From Lama glama (taxonomy: Eukaryota), in NCBI GenBank assembly GCA_028534125.1, contig CM052816.1, forward strand, positions 60,018,001 to 60,082,000: a stretch of DNA of 64,000 nt, in the 5' to 3' direction. The notes beneath the pieces are model-generated. The model saw only the letters and a program-made list of their open reading frames with translations, was not told where the DNA came from and did not search any database. Made by a program: the position numbers and the translations under genes. This document shows positions 53,261 to 64,000 of the stretch, piece after piece (the first letter of the stretch is position 1; every line of letters starts with the position of its first letter).

Positions 53261-53383
53261 GACTATTTATTTATTTTAATTTTTGAAGGGGGAGGTATTT
53301 ATTTAGCAGAGGTACAGGGAATTGAACCCAGGACCTCATGCATGCTGGGCATGCGCTCTACCACTGAGCTATCCCCTCCCCCC
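53261..53383 (-). mobile_element. tRNA-Ala-derived SINE (camelid vic-1 type) with TSD
   Basis: Minus strand ggggaggggatagctcagtggtagagcgcatgcccagcatgcatgaggtcctgggttcaattccctgtacctc (Pol III A and B boxes), A-rich tail; aggcattggt duplicated at 53251-53260 and 53384-53393. Confidence 0.9.
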
Positions 53384-53419
53384 AGGCATTGGTTAGTTTA
53401 GTATTCAACCACCAGTGGT

Positions 53420-54420
53420 CACCATATATAGACATGTAGCTGAAATAAGTGATTTTATTGTCAGTAAAACTTATCTTCCAGGCCCTACAAGCTAAAGGGG
53501 AGCTACAAATGTAAAGAAAACCATGATGCTCATAGTTCAGAGAGGCACGGCCTAAAAAGAACACATGCATTAACAATGTAATGCTACAAGCACTGCGTCA
53601 AGTATGTAGAAAGTGCTAGAGGAGCACAGAAGACAAAATTACTGATTCTACATGAGGATCCAGGAGGAGTATGTGTGCTGAGTCTCAAAAGACTTATATT
53701 AGGTATTTAGGGGGTAGAAAGTTTTCTAGGAACAAATCTGGCAAGACTGTGAAGGGCCTCATATGATATTCTGACAAGGATGAACTTTATCCTGCAGGCA
53801 CTGGTGAATGCATTAAGAGTTAACTCAGTGAAGTGGCGTGACTGCATGCATAGTTAGGAAAGATACCTTCAGTGGCAGCATGGAGGATGGGTTTGATGGG
53901 GTAGAGAGATGGAAGGAGGAAAGGCATAGACTACCGACACAGCCTGAGCATAAAAGGATGAAAGCCTGAACTAGGACAGAGTCAACAGGGATAGAGAGAT
54001 GGAGATGGTTGGATTGGAGAAGTAGAACCAGCAGGAAATGGTATCCTGAGATGTCAGGTGTCAAAGTCAAAATAATCCCAAGGACTGCATCTTGCACTAT
54101 GGGCTGGATGGTGATTCTGATTCAGAAGACTGTGGAATAGAAACAAACATTCTTATTTTGGTTTGGTAGGTGTGGGAAGATATGAACATATTTGGACATA
54201 CTGAGTTTGAGGAGCCTCTGAAGTGATCAAATGAAGGTGCCTATAGGTCGTTGGGATCAAGTTCTGAAGTTGGGGCAAAAGCCAGGCATCTAACACACAG
54301 ACGTAAATATCATTGACATTCAGGCAATCTTTAAAGACAGAGTCAAGGAGGCCACGTAAATTGAGGGGAAGGTCAAGGATGGAGTCCAGGAGCACATAAA
54401 GTGAGGGCAGCTGACGGGGC
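53420..54420 (-). mobile_element. L2 LINE fragment
   Basis: gtgctagaggagcacagaa...tgtgaagggcctc...aactttatcctgcaggcactgg...tttggacatactgagtttgagg. Confidence 0.8.
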
Positions 54421-54974
54421 TGTTAGAGAGATAGGAATGTGGCAGGAGCACCTGGTCGTGGAAGAACTCAGGTTCTATCTTTGGGGCCTCAGGCAAAATT
54501 GTGACTCCTCCAGATTCTCTTTCTCAGCACATATACTGATGAGGAGGCTGTTTACCTCTGTCTGATCTCACGATGAACAGCCAAGGAAACATCCATGAAG
54601 AACATAGGGTCTGGGAGTTAGCACTGAAACATCATCGATATGTGATGGGGACACTACTTTCTGTCTCGATATCCTTTCCACAGCTTGGGCTCCGGCACAA
54701 GACTCCCTGTGTTCTTTCAATGACCTGCCACTGCTGAAGGATTAACCTTTTCACCTCCACTGTTTCTCAGGAGGCACTACCCTACTTCTGGCTCTGTGCC
54801 AGATCACGTGGCTACGCACAGCATTCTCAGCATTTCACACTCCGAAGTATCAAGCTCAGTTACTCCACAAGCTTTTATAATCTCCTTAAAGAATCTTGCC
54901 TCAAATTCACTCCCATGGTCTGAATATTTGCAAAGACACAGGACAGCTATATATTTACCTCTTAGAGAGATGTG

Positions 54975-55735
54975 TAATCACCAGAGTCAGATGAACCATG
55001 GATTACAATTTTATCTCGGCCCTTTACTAGCCATAGGACATCAGACACTTTACTTAAGCTTTTGTGATCGCTAGTTTCCTCATCTGAAAAACAAGGATGA
55101 TCCTTTAATATGGATGCGATTAGGTACAAACCCTGCATCCCTTCTTACTTCTTAACAAGGCCCCAGTTTTGCCGAGTATACCTTTTCTCTTGCAGGCATG
55201 AGCTTCAGGGCAGCTAATCCCATCCTTAACTCTAGGAGTAGACCTGACTAATATAAGAATTATTATATGTGCTTTTCTAATGATCGATTCAGAAACAGGC
55301 AAAATTCTGAACACTAAAGTGTAAAAGAAAATCTGCAGCAGACATTTGGGGAAATTGTTCTCGCTTTTAAGAGAGCGCCACATGAAGAGATGATCTCACT
55401 CTGGACTTTGCTGTTTGGCTGTGATATCTGAAACTACTGTCACCATCTTGCTTCTAGCTTGAGAGTGAAGCCAATGTAGGGGTGGCAGATGAGAGAGAAA
55501 GAACAAATTGCACTCAGCATTTTAGATCACTGAATCAACCAACTCTGCACACTGTACTGATTCTGGACTTCCTGCCATGAGAGAGGATGAATTTTCTTAT
55601 CATTTAAGCTGACTTGCTTTCGGAGTTCAGATACTGTAATGAACAACATGGTGGTATCCACTTCCCAGGACTGCAGTAAAAATTAAATGAAAGCTGTGAA
55701 GTGCTTGGAATGAAGGAAGTACTCAAGTAGCTACT
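54975..55735 (+). mobile_element. MIR split by an MLT1 LTR insertion
   Basis: agtttcctcatctgaaaaacaaggatga stops near 55100 and resumes near 55650 as gtatccacttcccaggactgcagtaaaaattaaatga...aagtgcttggaa. Confidence 0.65.
55110..55650 (+). mobile_element. MLT1 (K/L-like) MaLR LTR
   Basis: gtgatatctgaaactactgtcaccatcttg...tgaagccaa...ctgaatcaaccaac...tctggacttcctg...ttcttatcatttaagc. Confidence 0.7.
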
Positions 55736-58039
55736 ACATGACTTCCATCAACTCACCCCCCTTGTTAGTTACTTTTTGCAGGAAAGTTTCATCTTGTATG
55801 TTTCACCTTGGAAAAATGTCACTTGAACACTATATATTACTTTGTTCTACAGTCATGAAGTTGGTGAACTATTATATTCATAAACTGAGTACTCTCCCTA
55901 TCGCATGCACTGTGCTGAGCATATTTCCCAAATTATCTCACTGAATCCTTAGAATAACCCTGGGTCCAGTGCTCACTTTTAATGTCCCACTTTGCAGATG
56001 ATGAAATTGGGTCTATCTAGGCTTATACCTCCAAGCCTAATATTATACCGCTTTGCTTTTGAATGCTGAAATGATCCATTTCATAGGCACCTGTGAAGGA
56101 ACAGATGTCTCCTATAGCTTATCCATGTGTAAAAACTTTAGCAAGTGGGTACCCCTGGCTATGATGCTCCAGATGGGGCCAGCCGAGGTACAGAGTACTG
56201 ATGCCGTTTAGATTTAACCAAAGAGTCAAGAAAGCATTCTGAAAGAGAGTGAGCAGAAATGCAAATGCTGAGATTCATGTGACTGAACTGAGCAGATTAA
56301 ACTGAACGGTGAGCTCACTGGGAAGGAGCACAGGCTCTGAGAACACTGTAAAGGTCAGAGAAAGCCAGGGAGTTAGTCCCCCGTGTCAGACAAAAAACAC
56401 TTTTATTCTGACTTCGCCTAAATAGAGCTGTCGATAATGACCAGGTATAATCCTCCCTGATCTAAAATAGATGTTACATATGCAGCACATGTGTAGCCAC
56501 AGAAAGACAACTGGAAAGAAATAGGGCAATGTTTTGCAGAGATTTCTCTGGATGGTGAAATTAGGGATATTTTCATTTATCTACTTGGGGTGTTTTCCAT
56601 ATTTTCCAAATTTCCTGGCCAAAATTATTTTATATGCATTAATTATATAACTAGAAAAACAATTATATAAATGTATATGTGTGTCTGCACACTCACACTT
56701 TCACAAACATATACTTTAAATTAACCATACTTCCCCTGGCTCAGCCCAGCTTTGGTTATGTCTGTTCTTTTCGCCCAAGCTTTCCCCTTGCTATAGCCAC
56801 TTACTGCCATTTTGCTTGTTCCCAGCTTTGCTGAGGAAGTAAGCTCCTACAAAGAGAGGGAGGCAGTCTAGAGGCGTATCCTGACCCTAACCAGCTGTCC
56901 TGCTCCAGCGACCACAGAGCCAGCATGGGAGATAGCACCCTGAGCAAAGCAGAGAGCACAACTCACTCTCAGATAACAGATCCCGAGGGGCGCCACGCTC
57001 AGTCTGGTTGACAGCTAGAAGGTGAGCACCATCATGAGCTATTCCAAGAGGTAACTGGGAGAAAAAGGAAGGATCCTCTGAAAAGTCAATAGCACTGGAG
57101 AGAGACAAAATAACATTTCAAGACATATATTTTTCTTGATATTAGAAAATACTTAATCAGTGAATTCAGTACTTCTCTTATGTTTAGAAACATGGAAGGA
57201 AGGCAGGCAGGGAGGTTGAAAAACGAGACCAACAACAACAAAAAATGCTTCCCTTCCTTGAAATTAGTGTCACAGTCAAAAAAGAAATTACCTTAAAGTC
57301 AGCTCCAGGATTCTCTTTAGGAAACTGTTTCATAATGTAAACATCTTAATAAGGTAGAGTGAAAGGCTCTGAGAACAGGGTTTAGCAGGAGACAAGGCAA
57401 CAACAGCTGTGACATGAACAATGTGGACTTTTTAAGATAAAGCACATCCAACATTCAACTGAGATTATATGCTTTTCTGAGAATTGAAGATGTAAATTCC
57501 CTTCCAATTATTCCAGAGCCCTTGGTAATAAACACATACACAGGGGGTTGGAAAAATAGGGGTAGTTTTATGGAAATCAAAAGGACTGAGTTCTATGTTG
57601 GGGTTGACATGGGGGTGCGACCCAGATAGCCAACGATAAGACCCTCTGTAAACTGAATTTATTTAGCAGAAGAGGCCCAAGCCCATAAGAAGCATCCAGA
57701 GTAATCATTAGACCCTGAGTCTTACTGTGCGCTGGCAGGGATGGACTAGTTTAATCCTCACAACCACCCTGTGAAGGTGGAACCATTCTTAACTCCGTGT
57801 TATAGTTGAGAAGTTGGGGCACAGAGTGTAATCACACGTCCTCCACAGCCCATGCTCCTAATCACGAAGCTGAACAACAAGAAGCTATGTTCCCAGGAAC
57901 TCACAAGATGCTGTTGGACTTTCCTCACATTTCTGGCCTGGGGGTGAGTTTTTTGTTTCTTCATACCTGAAATGGCAGGAGGGTGGGGCCCAACTGACAT
58001 TTGAGTCAAAGGGATATAACGTAATAATGATTTACAGTC

Positions 58040-58240
58040 AAACATCCCAGTTTTGCTTTCTAATTTCTATCTCTGTGACCTTGGACATGTTGTGTATCTT
58101 CTCTGATCTTCGGTTTTCTCTTTAATAAAGTCATGGGGAAGTAAGAAGACCCACTTCATAAGATCACATAAGTAGTAAATCAGCTAACAAACCTGAAGCA
58201 TGTAGCACAGGACCCAGCACATAAGTGCCCAATAAATGGA
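58040..58240 (+). mobile_element. MIR SINE (further MIR fragments near 55875-56050 and 57710-57830 on the minus strand)
   Basis: ctgtgaccttggacatgtt...cttctctgatcttcggttttctc...tagcacaggacccagcacataagtgcccaataaatg. Confidence 0.75.
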
Positions 58241-60509
58241 GCCTTTTAGTTGTTCCCTGCAGTTAAAATATATACTGATGCTGAGAATATGAGCTAACAG
58301 CTGGCAACCAGCAAACCTGCTCAGGCTCTGGCAGGTGCACCTTCTGTAAATGGAAAACATCTGGTTTACTTCATATAAGCCACTAGGGTTTCAGTCAAAT
58401 AAAAGAAATACAGGCCTAAGGAAAACAGGGAAAAATTGCACTCAGACGGTCACTTTAATACATGATTGTGTGAACTGAATATTAAAATGGGAAATAAAAT
58501 GTTCCTGCCACTGTCTGAATATACTGTGATTAGTTGCAATCTGCAATTGATACAACACTTTTTGCAAGGATTAAGCTTTCTTATTTCAAGTTCAACACAT
58601 ATGTTGAAGCTTTGCTTTCTTTCTCCCACCAGGATTTTTATAGAGGAGCCTGAATTAAGATTAAACAAACATACAGCAAACCCATATCACATTTTCAGCC
58701 GGGAAAAAAAAATGAAAGCTTGAATCAGTCAACCCACCTCTCTCCTTCCAGCTGGGCCATAAATGTCAGTTGTTCTACTTAAACAGAAACAGAGGACTGT
58801 CTCATGTTTCTATGGGAGCCAAATGAGATGAGAAACCAGAGAAAAGAGGCGATTGTTTTAAAAACTGCAATGCTGGGTGTACTTGGGGCTCTCAAAAGCA
58901 GTAATTGCTGAACATCAAATTCTGAGCCATCAAAGGGCTCCTGTTCAAGAGTTAAACCTCATCCCACAACAGGGATCTGGTAAGAGGTGATGCAAATGGA
59001 AATGTTTCTATACATTTTCTTTCTTAGAATGTTCTAGAAAAAATACTAAAGCAGGTGAAAGAGAAAGTGAGTAGAAGGGAAATGATGAACAGGTCTAGGT
59101 CTCCGGAATCACTGAAATGCATCCCACATGCACTGCGTTGTGTGGTCACATGCATTCATGTTGATACGCACCTGAAGCACTAAGGATAACCTGTGTAAAA
59201 TTGAATCCATAAATGTGTATCCAGAAAATAATTCTCCTTTAAAAAAAACTGTATTTAATACGCATTAGATGAAGAAGAGCTTTTGTTCAAAAAAAAAAAA
59301 GAAAGAAAAGAAATTTCATGGTTTTCAGAATGTCAAATGGGTCAGATTGAATGTTCTGTCCTCTGGAAACAATACCAGAGCACTGGTAAGCAAAATGGGA
59401 AGGTCTCACTCGTGTTTTCCCAACTTGCCCAGAGCAGATACAAGCTCGCCTTGAACAGCAGTGCCCTAGCAACTTCCTTGTCAGCTCACTTCACCCCATG
59501 CCTTAGAATTAGACAATCCGAGATGCATTTCAGGGAAACCACAGTTTTCCCACAATTGAAGGAAACGAAAGCTGTGAATGATGTCTGATGAACAGCAGTT
59601 GGTAATACAGACACCCCAACCCACCCCAACACCCCCGCCCCCTACTCCTATTAAGAAGTCCATGCTCTGTCTGTGACCACCCCTGTATCATACAACACAC
59701 TGAAAGGGTCACACTCAGGGCAGGAGACACAGTTTTTCTCAGAATAGTCAGTAATCCCCTGCTGGGCGGGGCAAAACTCTTGGAACAAGAAATCTAAAGG
59801 AACAAAAATCACGATGAAAGTGCTTTGAAACAGTGAATTTTGTGTATGTCAAACAGAGGATCATTTGATTGCATTTTGATTTTTAAAATGCTTGTGGGCA
59901 GAATGGTCTGATGTGCCATTTCTGTGGGTGTTCCCAGCAACTTCACCCAGGATGACATTCTAGCCCAGGAACTCTCTCCCTCAAAAAGCACACATTCCTC
60001 CATCTTTCCCTCCTTCTGCATGTGCAGAGCTTAATAACTCAGCAGTAGATGTTCCTTTACCAGAAGGAGAGGGTATCCTGAGGGTACTGCCAATTTAGCT
60101 TTTCAATTACAGTCCATCATTTGAAGCCAGGGATGGATGTCAAACGGGCACATCTGGGGGAGGGCTGGAGCGAGGGTGAAAGGGACCCAGCAGCAAAGAT
60201 GTGGGGCAGAAAGCTGCCTGGGCTTCACAGGAGCTGTCTGAGACTTCAAGGCTGGGATGCACAGGCACGATCAGGAACTGGGGAGACTAGAGGGGCTAAG
60301 TATTTCCGACTTCTTGTTTTTCCTTAGAAAGCCCAGCCAAGGCCAGGAAACAGAGTACGTCCCTGCAACTGTTCTCGCGTTACAATGAAAACTAATAGAT
60401 ATAAAGGCAAAACCATCGCAGCCCCCTCGCAGAACACACCAGGTTAACTTTAGAGTCACAGATGTACGACAGCATATTCAAAGACTGTTAAGATATTCAG
60501 GGATCCAGT

Positions 60510-60680
60510 TCAGGAGTTCTTAACATTTGGGAAGTCTTGGACCACTTTAGGGAAGAGGACCAAAGCAATGAGCCTTCCACAGAAAAAATGCCCATGTGCA
60601 CAAAGATAACACACACTGCAAACTACCCTGGAGGGTTCACAAGACCTCTGAAGCCCTCTGGATCATGAACAAAAGATACC
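60510..60680. mobile_element. MER103-like hAT DNA transposon remnant
   Basis: caggagttcttaacatttggg...aaagcaatgagccttccacagaaaaaatgcccat...gagggttcacaagacctctgaagccc. Confidence 0.6.
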
Positions 60681-62471
60681 TAACCCAGCCACCTCCTGCC
60701 TTCCTACTCTATTAGAAAATGAGAAAGCAGAGGACCCAATGAGTAAAATAATATCTCAAGTTTTGAAGAGCCAAAGCTGCAGCAGAGCCAAAGCTCTGTT
60801 CCATTTCCCTCGATTCCTAAGCAGAATTTTTTCCACTGCTTTGTAAATCAGTCAAAGAAATTTCTACCTTTTGTTTATTTATGATCTCAGCTCCAAGATA
60901 CTTACATAAAAAACAGTGTCTTCTGCTGCCACTCAAATCTAAAGGGGCCACGGGGAAAAACATAAGAGATCAAGGCAACTAAACAAGAGCATCCTTGTTT
61001 TATACGCAGATTGACTTTTTCTAATTCTGGGAAAGGACGTTTTGATGAGAGCTACCTGGCTACTGTTAAAGCAAGCGTCCCTTTTATCCCTGTCAGTCCC
61101 CTCCCAGGTGTGACCCTCCATACTCAAACCATCCACCACACGCCCTGCTGACTGGACATCTTTTTGAAGCAATTTCATCTTAGTCTCATTAGTGTTCAGC
61201 TGAGGACTCCGTCCCCTTTTCCCTCTCTCTATTAGAACATGGGCTGAAATTCTTTCCAAATCAATGATGAACCTTCCAAGTTGTCATGGGGCCAGACACC
61301 CTGCTTGCCCCCAGCTAATAAATCCTCTTGAAATCCAGGCCCAAAGTGGAAGCTATTTGATTGTGAAGGGCCCTTTTAGACAACAAAGCAGGGATCTGGG
61401 TGGGCTCTCACAGAACTTTGGAGCATGTGATATATCTTTATCACTTGGCTAACGGTGCTAATTGAAAGTTACTGTGAACCAATATTTTTTGGATCCCTTT
61501 CTGTCTTCACATTGCAAGAGTAAGGACTAGTCCTTAGAGAGGCAAAGATTCTAGGAAAGAGCAGAACACCAGTTGCATAAAAAAAAAAATTAACCAAGTA
61601 TGTAGAATGCTAATCTTTCCAAGAGTGGTCATTATCTGGGGGTGCTGCAGACATTGCTTAATGGAAGAAGCAGCATGGAACAAAAATGCACGTCCCCGGG
61701 GTACTGGCTGGGCTTGTCCCAAGCAGGGAAGGTTCTGGTACCAGGTCAGATCATTCCAGGCCATCAATGGTGACCATCCTGAGCCTTTGCCATGATTCCC
61801 AAGCTTGTTCTCATTTCATCTGCCCTCTCCCCCAAAGGCTTTTCACAGCCCAGAGAGTGTGCACAGCAGAGCCACTTTGCGGGGGACCCCTTAGGAACTC
61901 TGTGTTAAACCCCAGAGTCTGAGTTGGCTCCCAAGGGTCATTTAAATGTAGGAAATGTGCCCATCCTTCCTACCCCAGAGCAGCTTGAAGCCCAGAACAC
62001 TCTGGGACCATCCCCATTTCTCACATAGGAGAACCAGCAGAACTCTTGGTGCTGAATCATCACTGGACAAGGGATAGAGCTGCCCAGGGCAGGGCTTCAC
62101 CAACAGCAGATGGGAGAAGAGCTGGCATGGTTCCTCTGCATGGATGCCTGATGGTGTGCACTGGAATGGCTGCAGGAAGGGCTGGCCCTATCTCAACTTT
62201 CCAGAGCCCCCTCTAAGCTGACTACAACCTTACCTAAGGAGAATCTCAAGATCTAATCCTCAACTGGCCAATAGCTAAACCTTCTTTAAGACCAAGCCCA
62301 ACCTTTTCACTTTCCTCACCCTGTCTGTGCGACTCCCTCCATCAATACTTCCACGTTTACAATCGTGGATCATCCACTTCTGTACCTTCTCTTCCAGAGT
62401 GTTGATAGTATAAACTCTATGACCTACTCCCTCAGGATCTTTTGTTTCCATTTTTAAGAGTCCATTTTTGG

Positions 62472-63026
62472 CAATTCCACTTCTGGATATACACTCAAAA
62501 GAACTGTAAGTGGGGGTTCAAACAGATATTTGTATACCCATGGTCATAGCTGCATTCTTCACAAGAGCCAAAAGGTAGAGGCAATCCCAGTTTGTCAACA
62601 GATGAATGGATAAACAAAATGTGATATATATGTAAAATGGAGTATAATTTAGTCATAAAGAGGAATGAAGTCCTGACACATGCTACAACACGGATGACCC
62701 CTGAAGACATTAAGTGAAATAAGCCAATCACAAAAGAACAAATATCGTGTGCTTCCATTTACACGAGCTACCTAGAGTATAAAAACTCATAGAGGTAAAA
62801 AGTAGAACGGTGGCTGCCAGGGACTGAGAGGATGAGGGATGGAGAGTTATTGTATAAGGGGTATGCAATTTCAGTTTGGAAAGATGAAAAAGTTCTGGAG
62901 ATGGATGGTGGTGATGGTTGTACAACACTGTGAATGTAATAATGTCTTTGAATTATACACTTAAAATGGTTAAAAAGATACATTTTATGGTATGTATATT
63001 TTATCACAATTATTTGGGAAAAAATT
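62472..63026 (+). mobile_element. L1MB-like 3' end with 16-bp TSD
   Basis: caattccacttctggatatacactcaaaagaactg...acagatgaatggataaacaaaatgtg...aagttctggagatggatggtggtgatggttg; aagagtccatttttgg 62456-62471 vs aagagtctatatttgg 63027-63042. Confidence 0.9.
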
Positions 63027-64000
63027 AAGAGTCTATATTTGGAAGCAAAATAAAACTAACCAAAAAATTAACCAAAATGTCACCTCTTTGGAGCATATGT
63101 GCTTTTTCCTTTTGAAACTGAACTTAGAAGTCACCTCTTAGGCCTCCCTTCACTTTTTCACTCCCCTGTTGTGCCTCAGCAGCTGCCCTCAAGTTACTAG
63201 TGACTCTCAGAGGCCTGGGAGGCGTGACATGGCTCGGAGAGATAGAGCATCCCTGCAGGCCCCAGGAGATGCCATCTTTCCTGTGTGTTTCTGCTGAGAT
63301 GATAAGTATTCACAGTGTGACATTCTGAGAAAGAATTACATAAAAGCAATTTTCCTCAGTACTATTTTTGGACCTTGCATGAGTCACTCCTTGCCTTCTG
63401 AAGTGCTTGCATCACCAATGAAGCCTTTCAATGCACAATACAGCAAGAAGCCTTCAAAACTCTACTGAGATGAATAAAAAAATTGCTTTTTCATTCTCAT
63501 GTTCATTCTGAAGGGTTAGAGACAAGTAGATGGAAGAATCAAACACTTACTCACTAGGTACTTTATCTATAAAGCCAAGCACCTGGGAAATACTAGCTCA
63601 ATTTACCTAGAACCCCCCAGGCATACCTCAGTAATGTTTAATGCCTTCAAGAGCTGATTGTGCCAGTAATGAGAAATAGAGTGACCCGCTCCCTAGAGGT
63701 AGGTCCAGTTCATGCTTTATGTAGAACTGGAAGCTTGTGTTGAGTATGACCAATGACGTTTATAACAACCACCTTTGTAACTGCTCTAAATTTGAAGGAC
63801 CTCAAGGTTGAAGGTCTCCTAAAACATCAATTCAAAAGACACCTTACATAGACTAGGATCCTAGTCCAAAAGGCTCTCATAGATGGTTTGTTCACGGAAC
63901 AGTTCACATCAAAGGATTTGAGCAAATTAATACCTGCCTTCCTTTCTATCTACCTTCCTGCTGAAATGAAATCAGCAAACATATGAGGCTGCTTTGAAAA

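Noticed and set aside
53309..53383. Possible tRNA-Ala(AGC) gene
   Set aside because: Poor acceptor stem, altered anticodon loop, A-rich tail and TSD mark it as a SINE.
62495..63007. ORFs resembling hypothetical proteins
   Set aside because: Antisense frames of the L1MB-like 3' end.
1..64000. CRISPR array, operon, rRNA, processed pseudogene or endogenous viral coding sequence
   Set aside because: No repeat-spacer array, rRNA-like tract or recognisable gag/pol/env or cellular protein remnant seen by eye. Short exons or decayed pseudogenes cannot be excluded without BLASTX and ortholog alignment.

Overview
Eutherian mammalian genomic DNA, AT-leaning and CpG-depleted, intronic or intergenic, with one 500-N scaffold gap (21112-21611). 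A tRNA-Ala-derived SINE of the camelid vic-1 type and a cetartiodactyl-style L1 3' end, with no Alu, B1, Bov-tA, PRE-1 or SINEC copy that I could see, suggest a camelid host. I can support no protein-coding gene: the ORF track looks like chance or repeat-derived frames. Much of the window is decayed transposable elements (MIR, L2, L1M, MER5/20/58/63/103/115 hAT elements, MLT1 and ERVL LTRs) plus one ERV-type solo LTR. Family names come from my recollection of consensus sequences, not from a search, and most boundaries are approximate. The most unusual item is a 1.45-kb L1/HAL1-type insertion holding only the CpG-rich 5'UTR and about 21 ORF1 codons. It ends in an A-rich tail and is bracketed by a degenerate 15-bp TSD, so it is 3'-truncated rather than 5'-truncated. 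Several unique segments look like candidate enhancers or orphan splice sites. I found no convincing new biological system.
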